DNA of 40,865 bases from a phage: the sequence record PQ785851.1; one strand, given 5' to 3'. The translations under genes and the position numbers were made by a program. This document shows, piece after piece, positions 1 through 9,000 of the stretch. The stretch's first letter is position 1. Every line of letters begins with the position of its first letter. A model generated the notes under the pieces. The model was not told the origin of the DNA. It was given only the letters and a program-made list of their open reading frames with translations, and did no database searches.

Positions 1-743
1 ACGGAGGAACAGGAGCTAGTACAGCACCTGAAGCGCGTAACAACCTCGGGCTTGGAACTTCTGCTGTCATTGATCATGGCTATGATCCTGGGCAAGTTCA
101 ACTAGTTTTTGGATCAAGGATAATGCGAACCGACAAGCCCAAAACAACCTGGACGTATGGATATGAACCTATTAGTCCAACCAACTTATACTACCTAGAT
201 TATGTTGTATTTATGGATATGCCTGGACCAACTGCTAGAGAGTGGGCTCAGCTTGCCGTTTCTTATGCGGAAAGGAGATGCTATATAGCTAACTCAACTT
301 ATAATAACGGCCTTGGGTTCATGGAACTTTACCACTCACAAAACGTAACCGTAGACTCTAACGGTTTCCTTAAAAAGGCTTCTCCTATAATTAAAGTCTT
401 CAGTGATGGTGGTTTTGAAACAAACGAGCAATCAAAGGGAGCTACAGTGGAGAGAGTTTCCACTGGTGTTTATAGGGTATCAGGTGTGCTTGGTCTAAAT
501 TCGGATGCCTCCTGGGGTGGTGTTAATGGTGGCTTTGAGATACCTTTAGATGCAAACAAGCAGCCAAGAATATGGCTAGATTATGAGGTTGAGTCTAATG
601 GCTCAATAGTAGTAAAAACTTACCATCGAACTCACGATTCATCCCCGTCCTTTGCAAGAAATAAAGTTGAAGGTTTTAGTAACGGCGATCCTATAGATAT
701 TCCTTCTGACTCTTTCGTTTCAATTCGAGTAAATATGCCATAA
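1..743 (+). CDS. tail fibre-like protein, C-terminal part; same reading frame as ORF 40471..40865 across the circular junction
   Basis: Frame 3 is open from position 3 into the track ORF 123..743; bases 1-49 duplicate 40817-40865; joined N-terminal region carries a GTGASTAPEARNNLGLG stretch that I recall from phage tail-fibre N-termini. Confidence 0.5.
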   Translation, partial: GGTGASTAPEARNNLGLGTSAVIDHGYDPGQVQLVFGSRIMRTDKPKTTWTYGYEPISPTNLYYLDYVVFMDMPGPTAREWAQLAVSYAERRCYIANSTYNNGLGFMELYHSQNVTVDSNGFLKKASPIIKVFSDGGFETNEQSKGATVERVSTGVYRVSGVLGLNSDASWGGVNGGFEIPLDANKQPRIWLDYEVESNGSIVVKTYHRTHDSSPSFARNKVEGFSNGDPIDIPSDSFVSIRVNMP

Positions 744-745
744 AA

Positions 746-772
746 AAGCCCCCGAAAGGGGCTTTGTCTTTT
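746..772. terminator. bidirectional rho-independent terminator between convergent genes
   Basis: GC hairpin AGCCCC-cgaaa-GGGGCT flanked by an A-run on one side and a T-run on the other. Confidence 0.6.
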
Positions 773-773
773 A

Positions 774-1205
774 TCAGAAGGGGATATCATCCTCGAAGTT
801 CTTCTGCTGTTGAGGTTGACGCTGCTGCTGTTGTTGCTGTTGCTGCTGTGGTTTTTGCTGTTGCTGTTGTTGCTGGACACCTTCACCACGCTGACTAAAC
901 TCAAGTCGCGGGTTGTTCATGTTGATTGTTACATAAGTTTTACCATCTTTATCACGAACGTCTACAGCCAATGTTTCACAACTTACGCTAACAACCTTCC
1001 CCTCCTGGAAAGCCTCATCGTACCAAGCAAGCATTGATTCTTTGGCGAAGAACACGGCGCGATAGTTGCTATAATGCGCCTGTCCATCTTTATCCTTGTA
1101 TCGCTCGTTTAAATCAACTGCGTACATCTTCCAGGTGCCATTGGCATTCTGACCTTCTTTAGTGAACGGAGCGCGACGGATAACACCAGTGATTACGTGA
1201 CTCAT
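774..1205 (-). CDS. ssb: single-stranded DNA-binding protein
   Basis: 143 aa; C-terminal acidic tail ...FEDDIPF typical of SSB; poly-Q linker; purine-rich RBS upstream. Confidence 0.85.
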   Translation of the reverse strand: MSHVITGVIRRAPFTKEGQNANGTWKMYAVDLNERYKDKDGQAHYSNYRAVFFAKESMLAWYDEAFQEGKVVSVSCETLAVDVRDKDGKTYVTINMNNPRLEFSQRGEGVQQQQQQQKPQQQQQQQQQRQPQQQKNFEDDIPF

Positions 1206-1245
1206 TTTCTTTCTCTCTTAATGTTGGGGCCGCAGCCCCGTTAAA

Positions 1246-1896
1246 TTAGAATGTATCGATTTCTTGAGATTGTACTTCAACTTTTTCTTCTTGAACATTC
1301 TTTTGTGCAACTTGCTTAGGTTTTGCAGGATTAAAACCGTTAGTTGCATTAGCCTGAATCTCAGCTTTCCTCTCGATGATGTGAGGCTCGAGCACTAGCC
1401 AGCCTGCTGAATCAAGTGACTGTTTCGCTTCTTTGTAAACATCACGAAGGTCATCAAGCGTATTGCACTTAGCCAAATCCTTCTTAAATGAGTTAATTCC
1501 TTTAACTGCCAGCTGACCATCATCATCTGCTTGGCTTAATCCTAATGCCGCTGTAATTGCGTAACGGCGAGCGTATGTGAGTGATGAGCCATAACCTTGA
1601 GCATCTTGCTTGCTGATTGGGACGATTGTCAGGAAGCTAACCCATTCTCCAGACTCGGCATGGTATACGGTAGTCTCAACCTTAATACGAGAGCTAACAT
1701 CATCATCAACCATTGACTGAAACATTACCAATCCGCTATCCGCCAGGCCCGGCTCAACCGCCGCTAAAACATCATCTAAAGTGGCGTACTTGTTCTTTAG
1801 GTGCGAGTTCTGCTTTGATTTTTCAGCCTTGGCAAACTTTGATTTAGCCTCAAATAACGCCTTCAATACTTGCTTGTTTTGCTCTGAAGTCTTCAT
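1246..1896 (-). CDS. Erf-family ssDNA annealing protein
   Basis: 216 aa; ...SLTYARRYAITAALGL... resembles the conserved Erf core; sits between SSB and a nuclease. Confidence 0.65.
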   Translation of the reverse strand: MKTSEQNKQVLKALFEAKSKFAKAEKSKQNSHLKNKYATLDDVLAAVEPGLADSGLVMFQSMVDDDVSSRIKVETTVYHAESGEWVSFLTIVPISKQDAQGYGSSLTYARRYAITAALGLSQADDDGQLAVKGINSFKKDLAKCNTLDDLRDVYKEAKQSLDSAGWLVLEPHIIERKAEIQANATNGFNPAKPKQVAQKNVQEEKVEVQSQEIDTF

Positions 1897-1926
1897 TACC
1901 TATCTCTCTTTCGTTTTGGTGAGGTA

Positions 1927-1972
1927 ATGATACCCCACCAGTTAACTTTTTCTTTAGCAATTAGTGCTATTT
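1927..1972 (-). promoter_or_regulatory. promoter-like module, conserved 22-bp element family (copy a), reads toward erf
   Basis: Minus strand reads AAATAGCACTAATTGCTAAAGAA, 17 bp, TATCAT, 6 nt, ACCAAAACGAAAGAGAG, ATG. Confidence 0.45.
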
Positions 1973-2938
1973 CAGCAATTCTTGATACTTTTTACTTACC
2001 CACTCAGGAATCATTAAATCTTGCTCTGTAATCCCATTACTGTAACCAGGCCACACATCAAGTTCCTTGCACTGTTTGTATGTAGCCAGTGCTTCAAGAT
2101 ACTGAATGCGCCCAATGCGAAGCTGCTCATCTGTAAGCGTGTAGCACATAGGTAAGTAAGGCTCAGTTTTCTCCTGCGCCAGGAGTCGAACCACAACCTT
2201 GCGCTTCTCGCTGAATGCCTTCACAAACAAATCGCGTTGAAGTGCCATCTTGCAAAGGTATCCATGGTCATAAGCCGACTTACCAAACCATCGAGGGCTT
2301 GCGTCTGCCGTCGTTTTATAGTCAGTAATGTAGACAACGCCATCAACAACATCAACGTGATCAAGCCTAACCTTTACGCCACAACCTAAAATCTCACCAA
2401 AGATGGATAACTCTTTCTGTGCTGTTGGTGAATTAATGACCGAATCGTAAGCTGGAATATTGGTCAGAACCTCGCGCATTGAGATTACCTTGTCGTAATC
2501 TTTCGCAGTAACCAACTCCTTGCCACTAATCAATGCCTCAGCGCTCTCCTGCTGCTCAATTAGCCATTTAACAGGCCAATCCTCGCCAGACTTATACATC
2601 ATCTCCACGAGCTCGTTATAGCCCTCTCCTGACGTACCAGAAACACCAACTTTCTTAAGTGCTGCTGATAAAGCTGTTTGGCTTGTGATCAATCCTTCAA
2701 CTTCGTCAAAGTCAGTGGCTCGCATGTAGGTTGAATCGAAAACCTCGCGCTCTAGCATCATCGTATGACTCAGAGTGCCAAACTTAAGTGCTGCGCTGGA
2801 GTTATTGCGCTGCTTGAATTTCCATTTAGCTGGTGAGGTTGCGAGAATCTCAGCCAGTGATGAGCCAGAGATATGGTCTTGCTCTTCGTGATAAGCCTCG
2901 TTGGTTAGTTCGTCGTTCGTGTAAACTTTAAATGTCAT
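1967..2938 (-). CDS. putative recombination exonuclease (PD-(D/E)xK, RecB/Cas4-like)
   Basis: 323 aa; ...VVYITDYKTTADA... resembles the DYKT nuclease motif; directly upstream of Erf and SSB. Confidence 0.5.
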   Translation of the reverse strand: MTFKVYTNDELTNEAYHEEQDHISGSSLAEILATSPAKWKFKQRNNSSAALKFGTLSHTMMLEREVFDSTYMRATDFDEVEGLITSQTALSAALKKVGVSGTSGEGYNELVEMMYKSGEDWPVKWLIEQQESAEALISGKELVTAKDYDKVISMREVLTNIPAYDSVINSPTAQKELSIFGEILGCGVKVRLDHVDVVDGVVYITDYKTTADASPRWFGKSAYDHGYLCKMALQRDLFVKAFSEKRKVVVRLLAQEKTEPYLPMCYTLTDEQLRIGRIQYLEALATYKQCKELDVWPGYSNGITEQDLMIPEWVSKKYQELLK

Positions 2939-2941
2939 GGC

Positions 2942-3136
2942 TCAAACCTTAATTTTAACAATCTTGATTGCCTTCAAATCTTCTTCAGTGAAGTATCCTG
3001 TCAGCAGTCCTTTGGCCTCTTCCTTTGTCTCGAACCTGTCGGCCTCACTCTTATCTGTGGTGTATCCAGCCTGGCCGCCAAAGTAGCAGTCGCCGAACAG
3101 TGCATTGTTTTTCTCTTTAATTATGAAGTATGGCAT
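2942..3136 (-). CDS. hypothetical protein
   Basis: 64-aa ORF co-oriented in the early leftward operon. Confidence 0.35.
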   Translation of the reverse strand: MPYFIIKEKNNALFGDCYFGGQAGYTTDKSEADRFETKEEAKGLLTGYFTEEDLKAIKIVKIKV

Positions 3137-3140
3137 GACT

Positions 3141-3326
3141 TTATCCTTTGATGATTTTGATGTGTTCTGATGTTGTCTTTTCTATCCTTGCGCCTGTTTG
3201 CTCCCATTTTTTACCGTATGATAATTCGCAAAATCTAACAGCCATGTCATGTGTAAGGAATATAGCAACAGGTGAATACGTTGGTAGTATTACCGTGTGC
3301 GCTTTTAATTTATCAGGCATTTTCAT
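3141..3326 (-). CDS. hypothetical protein
   Basis: 61-aa ORF, first gene of the leftward operon, conserved leader ATCGAAAGC upstream. Confidence 0.35.
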   Translation of the reverse strand: MKMPDKLKAHTVILPTYSPVAIFLTHDMAVRFCELSYGKKWEQTGARIEKTTSEHIKIIKG

Positions 3327-3358
3327 TTCTCTATATCTCTATGGTTGCGTGCTTTCGA

Positions 3359-3394
3359 TGTGGTAATGATGCCGCATGCTTGCAACCCTGTCTA
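3359..3394 (-). promoter_or_regulatory. sigma70-like leftward promoter
   Basis: Minus strand reads TAGACA, 17 bp, CATCAT, 6 nt (taccac), ATCGAAAGCACG. Confidence 0.4.
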
Positions 3395-3488
3395 ATTGGT
3401 CTCACCGATTAATTAATTAAGTATACGCGTATAATTCTGTAACTACGTGTAGACATGTGCATTGGTTACGTTTTTCACCACTTAAGCC

Positions 3489-3508
3489 CAGCTATAGCTC
3501 AATGTAAA
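3489..3508. repeat. 20-bp element CAGCTATAGCTCAATGTAAA, copy A
   Basis: Identical 20-mer at 28711-28730; contains the perfect palindrome AGCTATAGCT. Confidence 0.6.
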
Positions 3509-3645
3509 TAGTGTGTATATCGTGTATACCGATTCTAGCGGAGGGTGCATTGGTATATGCGCCTCACAACACTGTATAAAATCACATGATATAAAAATTA
3601 TAACCGGAACACTCCAGAACAGTAGTTACATGGTATACACAGTAA

Positions 3646-3702
3646 TATATATAATAATAATAATAAGAGTAAAAGGTTGATATATATAGATATTTTAATG
3701 TA
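3646..3702. repeat. AT-rich element with (TAA)5 tract, copy A
   Basis: 26-bp block GTAAAAGGTTGATATATATAGATATT (3669-3694) is identical at 28908-28933; preceded by ATAATAATAATAATAA. Confidence 0.6.
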
Positions 3703-3816
3703 ACTATGGCGTAACTTGGCGTAACTGAGCGTATACGATTTCCCGCTGGTGCATATGGTATACATCGAGTTACATCGGTTACGCGTATACCATGATTCGT
3801 GGGTTAATTGGCGATA

Positions 3817-3861
3817 AATAGCACGATTTGCTAAAGACAAGATGCAATCTTTTGGTATATT
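3817..3861 (+). promoter_or_regulatory. promoter-like module, conserved 22-bp element family (copy b)
   Basis: AATAGCAC-GATT-TGCTAAAGAC, 17 bp, TATATT (TG two bases upstream). Confidence 0.45.
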
Positions 3862-3912
3862 TGTGCGCGTGGCGGCAATGTTGCTGGCCAAAACAACGAA
3901 AGAGAGATAAAA

Positions 3913-4578
3913 ATGAACCTAGCTCTACTAAATGAAGATGTGAAAATGAACAGTTATCAGTTTTTGAATGAAGTCATCAATCCAGCGAGATTGATCGCTG
4001 GCGAGTCTGACGTTCGACACAATGACTTTGTTGAGAGGATTGAGGATGAGCTTGATGGGTTTGAGTTTGACTACGAAAGTTTCGTAATCAAAAGCGATGG
4101 AAGAGGAGGTTATAGAAAGTCAATTAATTCACCAGTGCTTAATATGGAACAGATGCTTCTTGTTGGAATGCGTGAGTCAAAGTCTGTTCGCCGATCTGTT
4201 CTTGAAAAGCGCAAGGAGATGCAAAACACAATCAACAAACAGGCAGAAGTAATCACCAAGATGGTAAGCATTGATGAACTAAAAGAGGCAAGAATTATGC
4301 TTGGTGTGGCTAATGCGCAGAACGCTCACCTTAGCCAGCGAATTGTTGCTGAGCAGCGCATTAACGAAATACTTCTTATGGATAAGAGCATTGACGAGAA
4401 ACTTGACCTTCTCGCTTGCGAGGCTCGCCAGTGCTGGGCATCACGCTCAGACGAAATGGAGGAGAGATTTAAGTATGAAGCTCAATGTTTTGCTCTTAAA
4501 GAAAAAACGGAAGCACTGACCGGATTGATCGAGAATAAACTTGGCATCGACATTAAACTGTTGCTGGAAAAGAAATAG
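3913..4578 (+). CDS. putative Rha-like phage regulatory protein
   Basis: 221 aa; N-terminal ...ESDVRHNDFVERIEDEL... resembles the Rha core as I recall it; coiled-coil-like C-terminus. Confidence 0.3.
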   Translation: MNLALLNEDVKMNSYQFLNEVINPARLIAGESDVRHNDFVERIEDELDGFEFDYESFVIKSDGRGGYRKSINSPVLNMEQMLLVGMRESKSVRRSVLEKRKEMQNTINKQAEVITKMVSIDELKEARIMLGVANAQNAHLSQRIVAEQRINEILLMDKSIDEKLDLLACEARQCWASRSDEMEERFKYEAQCFALKEKTEALTGLIENKLGIDIKLLLEKK

Positions 4579-4625
4579 CACGAATAGCTAAAGACAAAGC
4601 TTATAGATGATGTATGATTACTCCA
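4574..4625 (+). promoter_or_regulatory. promoter-like module, conserved 22-bp element family (copy c)
   Basis: AATAGCAC-GAAT-AGCTAAAGAC, 17 bp, TATGAT, 6 nt (tactcc), ATCGAAACGAAA. Confidence 0.5.
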
Positions 4626-4659
4626 TCGAAACGAAACAACTTAAACAAGAGAGAATATC

Positions 4660-4764
4660 ATGACCAACTTAACTACTAACTTAATCGCAACTATCTCTGG
4701 CGCTGCTGTAACTGGTTTCTTTGTGTGGGTTCTGTTGCTGGCTTCGAATTTTAACGGTTTCTAA
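4660..4764 (+). CDS. small hydrophobic membrane peptide (34 aa)
   Basis: ATG at 4660; MTNLTTNLIATISGAAVTGFFVWVLLLASNFNGF; below the ORF-track size cutoff. Confidence 0.3.
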   Translation: MTNLTTNLIATISGAAVTGFFVWVLLLASNFNGF

Positions 4765-4775
4765 GGGGGTTCAGA

Positions 4776-4996
4776 TGAAGAAAATTATTGTAGCTGCGGC
4801 GTTAGTCCTGAGTGGCTGCTCGTCGATGCCTGAGCGCACTTGTACGGCTATTTATGAATCAGGTGGCGCAGAGTACTCGGTTTATGTTTTCGGTACGCAG
4901 CAACGCGGTGATGAACTCCTGTTGCGTGCTGGATACCCATTATCGTTCCATTACGTTTCAGAGAATAATTTCAAAGACCATGATTGTGGTGGTTGA
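4776..4996 (+). CDS. small lipoprotein (possible Cor/Llp-like exclusion protein)
   Basis: Strong RBS AAGGGGG before the ATG at 4776; signal peptide MKKIIVAAALVLSGC with lipobox LSGC; the track ORF 4721 begins upstream in the same frame. Confidence 0.5.
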
Positions 4997-5001
4997 TAAA
5001 T

Positions 5002-5026
5002 AAAAAGCCCCGAAAGGGGCTTTAGT
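5002..5026. terminator. bidirectional rho-independent terminator
   Basis: Hairpin AGCCCC-gaaa-GGGGCT with an A-run before and T-run after, between convergent genes. Confidence 0.6.
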
Positions 5027-5711
5027 CATATGCTGCTGTGTTTATTGCTGTGATTACATTTCCATTATTTGTCGTGTTTAATACTCGGCCCGCCGCCGTT
5101 GTCGCGGCTGCGTTTATTCTTGTTGTGCTTCCATTGTATCTACACGAGCTGCCAGCTGTTGAGTTGCCTATAATAGGCTGCCCGGTTGGAAGTGTACCCA
5201 TCTGTATCTGGTAGTTTCCAAGTATTGTCGGAACAATCGCGTAACTACCACTAAGTGTTGAGTCAATATTCAAACCCCCACCTGCATAACCTGGAGTGCC
5301 AACAGTCACTAAGTCACTTAAAACCTTTGTTTCATTAGTTAATATCAACTTGCCGGAAGCATCCCAAATCGCCATACCCCAATCAGGAAGATTTTGCTCA
5401 AATATAGCAAATATATAATAAGTCAATATGTATGATTGGTTTGCTGGATTTGTACCCCTAATGTAAACAGTTCCAACGTTAGCTCCATCTCTAAATGTAA
5501 AAGCCGATAGAGCTGTGCCATGTCCTGTGTTTGTTGTTTTGCAAAAAGCTATAACTGGAACGCCAGTAGGGATGCTGACGTACCTTTCAGCAACTTGTGA
5601 ACTACTGACTTTTACAGATTGAATAGTACCCTTTGCATATAATGCAAATGGAGTTGATAGTGGAGTTATGAATGGATTTCCATTCACATCTATAAAAGCA
5701 CCATATGACAT
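5022..5711 (-). CDS. hypothetical tail-associated protein (paralog of the next gene)
   Basis: 229 aa; N-terminus MSYGAFIDVNGN parallels MAEYGIATYDANGN of the adjacent ORF; lies distal to the J-like gene. Confidence 0.35.
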   Translation of the reverse strand: MSYGAFIDVNGNPFITPLSTPFALYAKGTIQSVKVSSSQVAERYVSIPTGVPVIAFCKTTNTGHGTALSAFTFRDGANVGTVYIRGTNPANQSYILTYYIFAIFEQNLPDWGMAIWDASGKLILTNETKVLSDLVTVGTPGYAGGGLNIDSTLSGSYAIVPTILGNYQIQMGTLPTGQPIIGNSTAGSSCRYNGSTTRINAAATTAAGRVLNTTNNGNVITAINTAAYD

Positions 5712-6019
5712 TAGTTATTCTCCAGATACGCAATTATATAGCAGTTGGATGATGGGTATACATTCGGGCCTGGGGATTTTGTTGGCGTTATTGTTATGGT
5801 GTTCCCGCTAGCTATTATTGCCCTTCCTGGTCCACCGATAGATCCATCATCAAGACTGACAACATAGTTAACATGCATCCCAGTGGGGATCTGATAGCTG
5901 AATGAAGCCGAGTTCTGCCCAGCCGACAAAAAATTCCAACCTACAACAGTTACAGGCCTAATCCCATAGTTATTATAGTTACCATTCGCGTCATATGTGG
6001 CAATTCCATATTCAGCCAT
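5711..6019 (-). CDS. hypothetical tail-associated protein
   Basis: 102 aa; shares the N-terminal YG..D.NGN motif with the downstream ORF. Confidence 0.35.
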   Translation of the reverse strand: MAEYGIATYDANGNYNNYGIRPVTVVGWNFLSAGQNSASFSYQIPTGMHVNYVVSLDDGSIGGPGRAIIASGNTITITPTKSPGPNVYPSSNCYIIAYLENN

Positions 6020-6066
6020 AATTTACTCCTATTGATAAAGGCAAATCCATTTGCCAATTGTATCAG

Positions 6067-9000
6067 TTAGTAGGTGCCAGTCAAACGTCCAATCTGAACA
6101 CGGAGCCTACCGTTGGCATCCGCGACAGAAATTGTCTGGTTCGTCTGCTTCATCTTACCTTCACCAGGTGTGAACCCGTTATTCTCGAATGTCCCAGCCT
6201 TGTTTAAACTCCAGCCCTGCGAGTTGGCAACGTAGTTGTTGGACTGAATCGAGTTTCCAATCTTCGCGTTAGTAATCGAACCATCCTGGATTACTGCGCT
6301 TTGAATGAATACCTGATTATTCTCAACCACGAAAGGCAATGACCACTGACCGGAACCTGAACTAATTCCGTTACTGATTGCGAACCTGTTCGCGTCGAAA
6401 ATAAACTGGCTGCGAACATTCCCACCAGAACCAACAAGCTCAAGACTCATACCAGCCCCGTAAGTTCTTCCTTCATACTTTAATCCAAGACTCACAGAAT
6501 ACTGAACCCCAGTCTGCTCAGCATTTACGAACGCATCAAGCTTCTGGTTTAATGCAGCCTCGTTCTCACCAAGCCTTGCTGATAATGCAGTGTCAGCGGT
6601 GGTCCTAGCTTGAGCTTCTTCCGCTAGCGCAGTATCAATCCTTGTTAACGAAGCAACAATCTCGTCATCAATCTGCGCTTTAAGCTGCGTAAGAGCCTCT
6701 ACACGAGCCTTTTCTTCATCGGCTATAAGATTCACTGCCTGAACAAATTCAGCCTTCCTCTTGCCGTTTTCCTTGGTCATTCTGCGAACGTCACTATCAT
6801 TCGCGAGTGCGTTCTCAATAATTGATTCAGCTTGCGCCTGTATAGCAGAATTCTTTTCTATAGCATTCTGCTGGAGATACTTGAACCCCTCAGAGTTCTC
6901 TATATCAACCTTTATTTCGCCAATGATAGATTCCACATCATCACTTGCCATTCCCCTCACAAAGTCAGTCCACGGAGAGACGTTGCCAATCTTGTCGATT
7001 AGTCTCGCCCTGTACCAGATGACCTTACCTGCCGGTAGGGTAGTGTGCCAATACTCGTAACTCGGGTAAGGAACTAGCGTTAACAAGCTGGCGTTCTCTG
7101 GCGTGTAAGTACCATCACCATTGTCAGCTACCTGCTGCAATTCAGTGTATGACGTATCAGCTGAGTTCTCAGGAAAGCCCCACTTAACCCTAATGCCAAA
7201 TACTTCATCATCTGAAGCTGTAATTACTGTAGGTGCTGACGGAGTTCCAATCTTACCTGTAAGGCTAGCTGAAACAATGTCAGACCATGAAGAAACGTTC
7301 TCGGTGTCAGAAACAGCCCTCACGCGAACCTGATAAATACCTGCATAGATACCTTCAATATCAACTTCTGTGCTAGCTGTTCTGGGTACGTTAATCCAGT
7401 TACCATTCTCTTTCCTCCACTGAACATTGTATGTTTTAGCGTATGGCGCTTTGTCCCACCCTATTACCATCGTCTCAACCGATAAACCCTGAACAACCTT
7501 GCTGTAGCTTGATACTGTTAAGTTCTCAGGTGGCGACAATCTGTCAGGTTCTACAATTGAAGTAGGGCGGTCTATAATGTTAACGCCGTAGTCAATCTCG
7601 TCATATTTGTTCGGGTCGTACTCAACAGCAGTAATTGTGTACTGGAACGAGTCCTGACCATCAGTATCTGCTTTTTGAATACCAGTCACAACATATTGCT
7701 GAAGTGCCAGATTGTCCTTGTCGATTGCGAAAACAGTATCTGGCTGAGCTACAAAACTGAACGCCGTGTTCAGGTTAATAGTTCTACCATCTTCAGATAC
7801 GCTTGCGATAGTTCTAGCCTCTGGGCTACCGTCTGGCTTGTTAAGAAGAATTCTGTCACCCGGCGCTGCGTCAACTTTAAACGGTGTAAAAACCTGTAGC
7901 CCCTGCACTGATTCAATGCGGCCGGAAAGGTTCAACTGATAGTTGCTCGACCATGCCGCATCATTAACTGCAATAACCTCGCCAATCATCGGAATCATGC
8001 CTTCCAACCCGGTAGTGAAGCTGATAGTTTCGCTTCTCAGGTTGGTTTTTAGGAGCCATCTGCCGCGTCTGTTTGCTTCACTTCTGCGAGTGCAGCCAAT
8101 TGCCGTAAGGTCGACTGGATTAAACCCGAACCTGCGAGTAGCCTCAAGCTCAAATACTGGCTCAACATCCTGCTGATAGTTGTTCTCTACATCATCAAAC
8201 TGTACGTTCGCAGTAGTGTAAAGACTCTTTTCGCTAGCGAATGTGCGGCTGAACAATCCATTAACAACGTTATCATTCGTGAAGATGTATGATGGATTGC
8301 GTGGCTTATCAACCACAATACCAATCTTTTCGCCGTCATAGAAAGTCAGGCCACGGAAGATTGAGCAGATGTCACGAATTAGCGTGTAAGCCTCAACTTT
8401 ATTCTGTACAACCATGTCGCACAGGTAGCGCGGCTCCATTCCACCCTTACCATCAGGAACCATCTGGTCGCAGAATTGCGCGGCTTCGTACAGGCCCCAC
8501 TTATCAATCTCTACACCCAACTCTCGCTGATCAAGACCGTAGCGGCGGTTTGTCACTAAGTCATACAGAACCCACGCTGGGTTGTTTGACCATGCCATTT
8601 TGAATAGGCCATTCCATGTCCCGTTGTAAGTTCTGGTTTCAGGGTCGTAGTTAGTTGGGACCTGAATCAGCTTCCATCGCTTCTTGATAGATATTGTCGG
8701 GATACCGTTAGGAAAAAGGTCAGAGCCAAACTCAACGTAAACCAGAGCTGTAAGCGGATAGCGGAATTTAGCGTCGATTACCTCCTGATAGGTTGTAATC
8801 TGCATCCCGTTAACCAATGTGCTACTCGTCGAATCTGGCGTAATCTTTCTGATGCGAACCAATGCGCTATCAAATTCAGCCGGAAGGTTCACGCGAATGC
8901 TGCGGTCGTAACCTGTAGTTGTCTTCCCGTTAGCAACTCCTCGAGTATATTCCTGATAAGCGCCACCATTAACAGAAAGATCAATCGCATACTCGCAGGT

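Noticed and set aside
810-1037. Poly-leucine ORF (75 aa) on the plus strand
   Set aside because: It is the antisense reading of the CAG/CAA repeat that encodes the SSB poly-Q linker; lies entirely within the SSB gene; no RBS.
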